Below, in pieces: positions 58,255-64,000 of a stretch of 64,000 nucleotides of DNA; the stretch's first letter is position 1, and every line of letters begins with the position of its first letter. The notes beneath the pieces are model-generated. The model was not told the origin of the DNA, did no database searches, and worked only from the letters and a program-made list of their open reading frames with translations. This DNA is from an uncultured Rikenella sp. GTDB lineage: Bacteria > Bacteroidota > Bacteroidia > Bacteroidales > VadinHA17. The translations under genes were made by a program, and so were the position numbers. Location: NCBI GenBank assembly GCA_964455705.1, contig CAYVYM010000001.1, positions 63,483 through 127,482 of the forward strand. The letters are read 5' to 3'.

Positions 58255-58396
58255 AAAGGTCCAAAGGTCCAAAGGTCCAAAGGTCTGAAGGTCTGAAGTC
58301 TTAGAGTCAAAAGTCCATAAAGTCCGTAAAGTCTGAGGATTTGCGATTTGCGATTTGCGAATTTGGATTATATCGACAATCGAAAATCGAGAATTG
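58255..58396. repeat. Octamer tandem array (AAAGGTCC, degenerating) followed by a heptamer-repeat hairpin
   Basis: AAAGGTCC x3 plus about seven degenerate units (58255-58336), then GATTTGC x3 and AATCGA-type inverse units. Confidence 0.8.
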
Positions 58397-61369
58397 TCAA
58401 TTCTTATAGCTCTCCGGCGGGCCGAGGTATGACGGCCTGAGTCCGCCGGTGTTGATAATGATCTTTTCAAGGACAATGCCCGGGTCAATCATCCATATCT
58501 TCAGGGTGTGATTACCGGGTTCCCTGACGGAAATCTTCCCCTTCACAAAGCGGGTAGCGTCCATCACAGTCTTCTCCCACTCACGGTTACCGTTCTCCGC
58601 ATTGAACTCCTTCGGTACCACGGTTATTATCTGAGCCTCATCGTCATCAATTGAGAGCCCGATCTTAAAGTCGCGGTCAGGCAGGAAGTTGAGCGACGGT
58701 GCTACGTGCAATACCGTCTCGAACTCGCCGGTGGAGAAGAGATACATCTTGTATTCAAGCAATGGTGCATCTTTCCCCGGAACTGCAGGCGGGGCATCCG
58801 TCACAGCCGTGGCCCGCAGTCCCGAAAGAGTGCGACCATAATCTTCAACCCACTCCCAGTATCTCTCATCGGTATCAATGTTAGTCGTGTAGTTGGCAGC
58901 CTCGATGGCAATATATCCGTCGGCCTCGACAAACCCTTCAACAGTTGACGGCTGCGGTTCCGCAGGATTAAATGCGGTTACCCTGATATTAACCTCGCCG
59001 CCGGCGCCTTTTACAATTACTGTTCCTTCATGGTTTCCATATGTAATCATGGGCCAGTCGACCCGCAGCTCAATCCGCTGCTGGTGATTTACAGTGCCGG
59101 CAGTGTGGCTCATGGTGATCCACGGATTATCGGATTCCACCAAAAATTCAAAGGGCTCGTTACCCCTGTTGAAGATCTCAATATATCTTACCTGCCTGTT
59201 GTAAACATCAAAAGGGGGCAGCACCGGAAACCCGTCAGCACCTGGCCATGCCTTTACCGATCCCTCCACGGCAACTCCCAGTGAAGCAGCAACGGGCACC
59301 TCCGGCCGTTGAAGCTTTATCGCTCTCAGGGTGTTCTCCGGCGGATCGGCCCAGTTCAGGTAGCCCAGGTGAGCCTGGTCCATGAAGTGTTTCCACCGGC
59401 CTTCGGCATAGACCCTGTTGTAGTACCCCATCAGTGTGGTGTCTGCCCTGTAGAGTTCCTCTGTCCGGTCTGCCATCATAGCGGCTGCTGACCTGCCCTG
59501 TGATGCGTACAGGGCATTTTTCCCTGCTGCAACATACAGTTCATTGACCAGGGCACACGCCTTAACCGGGAAAAGGACCAGGTGGAAGTATGCATCCTGC
59601 ATTTCCTCCGGCAGCAGGGTTTTTATCGCTTCAGCTTTAAGAAGCAGTCTGATGTACTCACTTGTTATTCTGTCGGCTTCGTGATAATTGACGATGCTGT
59701 AGGTAGCCGGGCTGAGCAATTCAGGCTTACGCCGGCCGTTGAATTTTGTATAAGCGGAAATTATCTCCCCGATCTCTTCAGCATGCTCCGGGCCAAACTG
59801 GCTGGCTGCCCACCGAGCTGTCCATGCTGACATTTCATCACTGCCGTGGGCGTCAGTGTCATACGCCAGTGAAAGGAAATATTCCATCGGTACTTCATAT
59901 CCCCTGAAGTGTCCGACATTGACTATCCATATCCTGTCGGCGCCGTACTGCTTTGCCAGGGACATCTGATCCCATATTTTTGGAATAGGGCTCGTGTTGA
60001 TCCACTGGTAGCTGCGGGGCCCCCCGTGATAATCGAAGTGATAATAGACCCCTGCGCCGCCACTTCGCTTTCTTTCTTCGGCTGTGGGCAGGCGTCTGAC
60101 GTTGCCCCAGTTGTCCTCGGCCCACAACAGTGTCACATCGTCCGGCACTCGCATTCCGGCATGGTAGTAATCCTGCACCTCCTTGTAGAGGCACCACATC
60201 TGTGGCACTCTGGTCACGTCACGATTCAGTTCCTCAGCAATCATCCGCCGCTGTATGTCAACAATTTTCTCAAGTTTGGCAATATTTCCTGCCGGACCGC
60301 CTGGCCCCATCTCCGTGTCATCGGCACCGCGCAGCCCAATAGTAAGAATGCTCTCATAGTCCTTGTTCCTCCTGATGCCGTCACGCCAGAATTTCACAAG
60401 GGTGTCAGAATGGTCTGTCCAGCTCCAGCTTCCAAGGGTGCTCTTGTACCTGCGGTCCCACTCCTTCTGAGCCCTGATCATCGGCTCCTGGTGTGACGTG
60501 CCCATGACAATGCCATACTCATCAGCCAGGCTGGCGTTACGGAGGTCGTCTTCATTGAAGGCATTGTTCCACATGGCCGGCCATAGATAGTTGGCTTTCA
60601 GCCTTAACAGCACTTCGAAGATCCGCGAGTAGAACTCACTGCCATAGTTGGCCACGCCGGGGTGTATGGGAGGATCAGCTGATGGTGTGACATTGCCGTA
60701 TTTAAATGCCACCCATCTTGTCAGGGCCGGGTACTCATCATTGAGGAAGATGCCACGATATTTGACTGAAGGTTCATCCCAGACAAAGCGACCGGGATTA
60801 ATATACAGGTCATCGCTTTTACTGACCGGCACATCAGCCCACCAATGCCACGGTGAGACTCCGATCTGTTTTGATATTTCATAGATACCGTAAATTGTTC
60901 CCCGCTTGTCGCTCCCTGCTATAACCAGGGCCTTCTTTACTCCCGGGAGCGGATTTGTTACCGTCTGAATAAGGTAGCACTCCCATCTTCCGGCGATGTC
61001 ATCGACTCTGATCTTTCCCTTCCTGATAAGTTTATCAATGATCCGGCTCTTTCCTATTGTACCTGCAATGACGATCTCCTTCCCGCGTGCCGGTTTATCA
61101 AGGAGCATCGAAGGTGTTACCCCCGTCACGCTTCCGATATCCGACTGAAGATCTCTGAATGCCCTGATCACTCCCGGCCAGTCGTCGGAACTGATCAGCA
61201 ACGGGGCAGAATTGCCGGAAGCTGACAGGGTGAACATGCTTTCTTCCGGTTCCATGGCAACTACCCGGACGATGTCCGTCTTACCGGCAGCGCGGCCATT
61301 CAATGAGCCGGTGAGGCCAATTAAAAGCACCGGAATGATGACCCTGAGTAATCTTATTCTGTATTTCAT
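58397..61369 (-). CDS. GH115 alpha-(4-O-methyl)glucuronidase
   Basis: IAGSDKRGTIYG, GVSPWHWWAD, YRGIFLNDE, RLKANYLWPAMW, GTSHQEP, LYKEV, DNWG and YYHFDYHGGPRSY motifs. Confidence 0.93.
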   Translation of the reverse strand: MKYRIRLLRVIIPVLLIGLTGSLNGRAAGKTDIVRVVAMEPEESMFTLSASGNSAPLLISSDDWPGVIRAFRDLQSDIGSVTGVTPSMLLDKPARGKEIVIAGTIGKSRIIDKLIRKGKIRVDDIAGRWECYLIQTVTNPLPGVKKALVIAGSDKRGTIYGIYEISKQIGVSPWHWWADVPVSKSDDLYINPGRFVWDEPSVKYRGIFLNDEYPALTRWVAFKYGNVTPSADPPIHPGVANYGSEFYSRIFEVLLRLKANYLWPAMWNNAFNEDDLRNASLADEYGIVMGTSHQEPMIRAQKEWDRRYKSTLGSWSWTDHSDTLVKFWRDGIRRNKDYESILTIGLRGADDTEMGPGGPAGNIAKLEKIVDIQRRMIAEELNRDVTRVPQMWCLYKEVQDYYHAGMRVPDDVTLLWAEDNWGNVRRLPTAEERKRSGGAGVYYHFDYHGGPRSYQWINTSPIPKIWDQMSLAKQYGADRIWIVNVGHFRGYEVPMEYFLSLAYDTDAHGSDEMSAWTARWAASQFGPEHAEEIGEIISAYTKFNGRRKPELLSPATYSIVNYHEADRITSEYIRLLLKAEAIKTLLPEEMQDAYFHLVLFPVKACALVNELYVAAGKNALYASQGRSAAAMMADRTEELYRADTTLMGYYNRVYAEGRWKHFMDQAHLGYLNWADPPENTLRAIKLQRPEVPVAASLGVAVEGSVKAWPGADGFPVLPPFDVYNRQVRYIEIFNRGNEPFEFLVESDNPWITMSHTAGTVNHQQRIELRVDWPMITYGNHEGTVIVKGAGGEVNIRVTAFNPAEPQPSTVEGFVEADGYIAIEAANYTTNIDTDERYWEWVEDYGRTLSGLRATAVTDAPPAVPGKDAPLLEYKMYLFSTGEFETVLHVAPSLNFLPDRDFKIGLSIDDDEAQIITVVPKEFNAENGNREWEKTVMDATRFVKGKISVREPGNHTLKIWMIDPGIVLEKIIINTGGLRPSYLGPPESYKN

Positions 61370-61380
61370 TGTTCCGTGGA

Positions 61381-62763
61381 TTACTGGATTTCAATTACAA
61401 CTGTCGTAACAGACGATGGCTTCAGCATAATGGATTTATCCACCGTGATTGAACCGAGGTCCTTGTACATGCTTCCTTCCACAGTTTGCACTGCACTCAC
61501 GGTTTTTATGGTCTTATCCTTTACCATGAAATCGACATGGGTTGCTGTGGAAAGAGGGTTAACAATTACGATGGTGATTTCAGATCGGGAAGGATTTGCA
61601 AATGCAGAGAGATTTATTGAAGAGGTACTGCTGGTGGCATTTATCCTGTCATAACCCTTATCCACATTTTTGGCAAAGTGTTTCATCACATAATAAAAGG
61701 GAGTGACTGTATAACCGCCGGCACTGCTGATACCGATCATTGACTGCGGGTTGGCGGCATCCCATGCCATGAGCCAGTAGAGGTATCCGGAGGCGTTCGC
61801 TTCATTCAGGTTATTGATAATAAACTGTGCTGTCTTGAGCCATGAGAAGTTGGAATATTCTGTCATGATGCACGGTTTGTTGCCGTAACTGTCACGCACC
61901 ATGTTAAGCAGGGAGGTAGTTTCAGCAATCAGGGTGTTGGCAGACCAGTTGTAAGTATGATAGGCGTAGGCTGCGAGATAAGACTTGTCTTTGATAGGGT
62001 CGGAAAATGCCGCAAAAGTATTCCCGCCGAATTTGCTGACACCAAGATTTTCCGCTTCCGGACCGATCAGTTTGGGAGGATTCGGCCGCGTACTGATCTT
62101 TTCGTATACCAGATCAAAGGCATTTACATATCCGGGAAAGTCCACCGTCTCTGTTGGGCGCCATTCACAGGTCTCCCAGTCGGGGGTGATCCATGAAGGC
62201 TCATTCTGGATGCTTATATAGTCCGGAACGAACGGCATATGATCAAGCATATCAACCCAATAGTCAGCATGGGCTTCGTACATGTATGCCCCTTCCTCTT
62301 TTTTCAGTGTTCCCTGCCTGAGATTGTTGTTGCTCTTCAGGCCTGAGGGAGGTGTCCATGAACTGATGAGCGTCAGGATTTCAGGGTTGTACTGTTTTGC
62401 AATATCATACAACTGACCGGTAACGGTGAAGAGTGTTTTCAGTCCTGCATTCTCCATCACATCTGTCGTCTTCACTGCAGGATACCCCTGCGGGTAATAG
62501 TTGTTCTTGAACCTGACCATGTCCATACCCATATCCTCGAACAGCAGCTGGCAGATCTGGTTCTTGTTGGGGCTGGTCATGATTCTGTCGGAGTACCATG
62601 TCAGCGATCCGCCAAAGCCAATCATCTCCTGGTATGTAACCGAGGGATCAACGGTGATAGTGTATACTGTCGGCTCTTCACCATCATCAACGGGCTCTTT
62701 CCTGCATGAAGAAAAGAGCACTGCAAGGCAGAATATCAATACAAACAGAATGATATTTTTCAT
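61381..62763 (-). CDS. GH30 family glycoside hydrolase lipoprotein (xylanase-like)
   Basis: Lipobox FSSC; YQEMIGFGG, SWTPP, SIQNEP (acid/base) and IMTEY (nucleophile) motifs; C-terminal beta-domain. Confidence 0.85.
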   Translation of the reverse strand: MKNIILFVLIFCLAVLFSSCRKEPVDDGEEPTVYTITVDPSVTYQEMIGFGGSLTWYSDRIMTSPNKNQICQLLFEDMGMDMVRFKNNYYPQGYPAVKTTDVMENAGLKTLFTVTGQLYDIAKQYNPEILTLISSWTPPSGLKSNNNLRQGTLKKEEGAYMYEAHADYWVDMLDHMPFVPDYISIQNEPSWITPDWETCEWRPTETVDFPGYVNAFDLVYEKISTRPNPPKLIGPEAENLGVSKFGGNTFAAFSDPIKDKSYLAAYAYHTYNWSANTLIAETTSLLNMVRDSYGNKPCIMTEYSNFSWLKTAQFIINNLNEANASGYLYWLMAWDAANPQSMIGISSAGGYTVTPFYYVMKHFAKNVDKGYDRINATSSTSSINLSAFANPSRSEITIVIVNPLSTATHVDFMVKDKTIKTVSAVQTVEGSMYKDLGSITVDKSIMLKPSSVTTVVIEIQ

Positions 62764-62829
62764 TCCATAATGGTTAATCCTTATTTTTCAACACATCTTC
62801 CGGGGCCGACAATTATGGTGTTTCTCCTG

Positions 62830-62979
62830 TCATATAACTGTCAGTACCGTCTTCTGGAGATCCTCATCACGTAATGAGGGACCCGTCATGATCTCAAAAT
62901 CACCCGGCTCCACAACATATTTCATATCAATGTTATGAAATGCCAGCTCATTTTGTTCACCAAAGAGGTCAAGCGTCAT
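62830..62979 (-). pseudogene. Remnant encoding only the C-terminal tail of a GH3 (BglX-like) Fn3 domain
   Basis: Hand translation MTLDLFGEQNELAFHNIDMKYVVEPGDFEIMTGPSLRDEDLQKTVLTVI*; ...VVEPGDFEIM.G.S.RD is a typical GH3 C-terminus. Confidence 0.72.
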
Positions 62980-63439
62980 GTTATCTCCTCTATGGTTCTT
63001 TGCCTATCCTTCACGGCAAAGGTTTTCATTCTCACCTATGGCAAGATATAAGCCTTCCGATAATTTTTCTATATGCAGATTTACAATACGTTCCACAACA
63101 ATTTTACATTAATACAAAGATAGTGATTAATTGTCAGTGTTTCCCTTTTTAAATGAACCACAACAACACTACATCACTAACTCCATGCTTTAGCCCGGGG
63201 TAACTACGCCTGATATGATCATCCGGGCCATGAGGAAAGACTATTATTAAAAAGCTTTAAATTTAAGGCAAGGATGTTTTTAAAAAATGAAATTATTAAT
63301 TAAAATGATAGATTTGCTAAATCATTTTTCCATGAAGAAGTTTTTTCTATTGGACCAACTTCAATGGATAGAATTGGTTCCGCGGAATGGGGTCAGATTA
63401 ACATGTGTATCCAAATATTCAATTAATAATAAATAAAGT

Positions 63440-64000
63440 ATGAGCCTAACTTCTCAAAAAGTCACAGTGTTCGAAAAAATAGGGTATAGCCTGGGAGACT
63501 TTGCTGCGAACCTGGTTTTCCAAACATTGATTACTTACTTAGCTTATTTCTATACAGACATTTATGGGCTGAAAAACACCGATGCCTCAATAGTAATGTT
63601 AATTGTCGGCTTAGTTGCCGCATTTGGGTTTAATCCACTAATTGGATTGCTGGCTGACAGAACCAATTCGAGATGGGGCAAGTTCCGACCCTGGATATTA
63701 TTCACTGCTATTCCACTTGGCGTTATTGCTATACTTGCATTTTCAACGCCAGATTTTTCATATAAGGGTAAATTAATTTATGCTGCTGTAACGTATACTT
63801 TTTTGTTGTTGATGTATGCTTCCAGCAATCTTCCGTATGCTGCTTTGAGCGGTGTATTAACCGGTGATATGGGAGAAAGAAATAGTATCTCATCGTATCG
63901 TTTTGTTGCAGTAATGTTTGCACAGTTCTTTGTACAGGTATTTATGCTGCCGATTATTGAATATGCCGGCCACGGAGATAAAGCCGCCGGGATTGAATCG
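63440..64000 (+). CDS. MFS transporter, glycoside-pentoside-hexuronide (GPH) family; runs off the right edge
   Basis: Hand translation MSLTSQKVTVFEKIGYSLGDFAANLVFQTL...YFYTDIYGL...ADRTNSRWGKFRPWIL...NLPYAALSGVLT. Confidence 0.92.
   Translation, partial: MSLTSQKVTVFEKIGYSLGDFAANLVFQTLITYLAYFYTDIYGLKNTDASIVMLIVGLVAAFGFNPLIGLLADRTNSRWGKFRPWILFTAIPLGVIAILAFSTPDFSYKGKLIYAAVTYTFLLLMYASSNLPYAALSGVLTGDMGERNSISSYRFVAVMFAQFFVQVFMLPIIEYAGHGDKAAGIES

Noticed and set aside
58255-58396. CRISPR array
   Set aside because: The units are 7-8 bp with no spacers, and no cas genes are present.
58231-58488. 85-aa minus-strand ORF between GH115 and the esterase
   Set aside because: It is a translation of the tandem repeats and overlaps the GH115 3' end out of frame.
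63729-63923. 64-aa minus-strand ORF at the right edge
   Set aside because: It is antisense to the GPH-family MFS transporter that runs off the window.

Overview
Bacteroidota-type (Bacteroidales-like) carbohydrate-utilisation region with four SusC/SusD pairs; I saw no rRNA, tRNA, CRISPR array or recognisable transposase. (1) 1-25.3 kb: a hybrid two-component sensor (runs off the left edge) faces away from a glycosidase-free run of 16 co-oriented genes that looks like a sugar-acid catabolic pathway. Its cytoplasmic enzymes are an RpiB/DerI-like isomerase, a split transketolase, a transaldolase-like protein, a DapA-like aldolase, a 2-hydroxyacid dehydrogenase and a KdgK-like kinase. It also encodes a BASS symporter, a SusCD pair and six proteins with export signals (RraA-like, two Tat DUF362, an enolase-superfamily enzyme, a bicupin and a cupin-lactonase). 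(2) 25.3-39.5 kb: a beta-helix protein and two SusCD pairs whose promoters, leaders and N-termini come from one duplication, which also left a lactonase pseudogene. (3) 39.5-64 kb: arabinoxylan/glucuronoxylan-type CAZymes (GH51, GH3, GH43, SASA esterase, GH115, GH30), a fourth SusCD pair and a GPH-type MFS transporter. Embedded among them is a three-gene cobalamin-dependent methyl-transfer module. The best candidates for undescribed systems are that corrinoid module next to GH115 (possible anaerobic demethylation of O-methyl sugars), the two-compartment sugar-acid pathway with Tat-exported DUF362 proteins, and a conserved uORF/hairpin leader in front of three susC genes. All family calls come from reading motifs by eye; no database searches were run.
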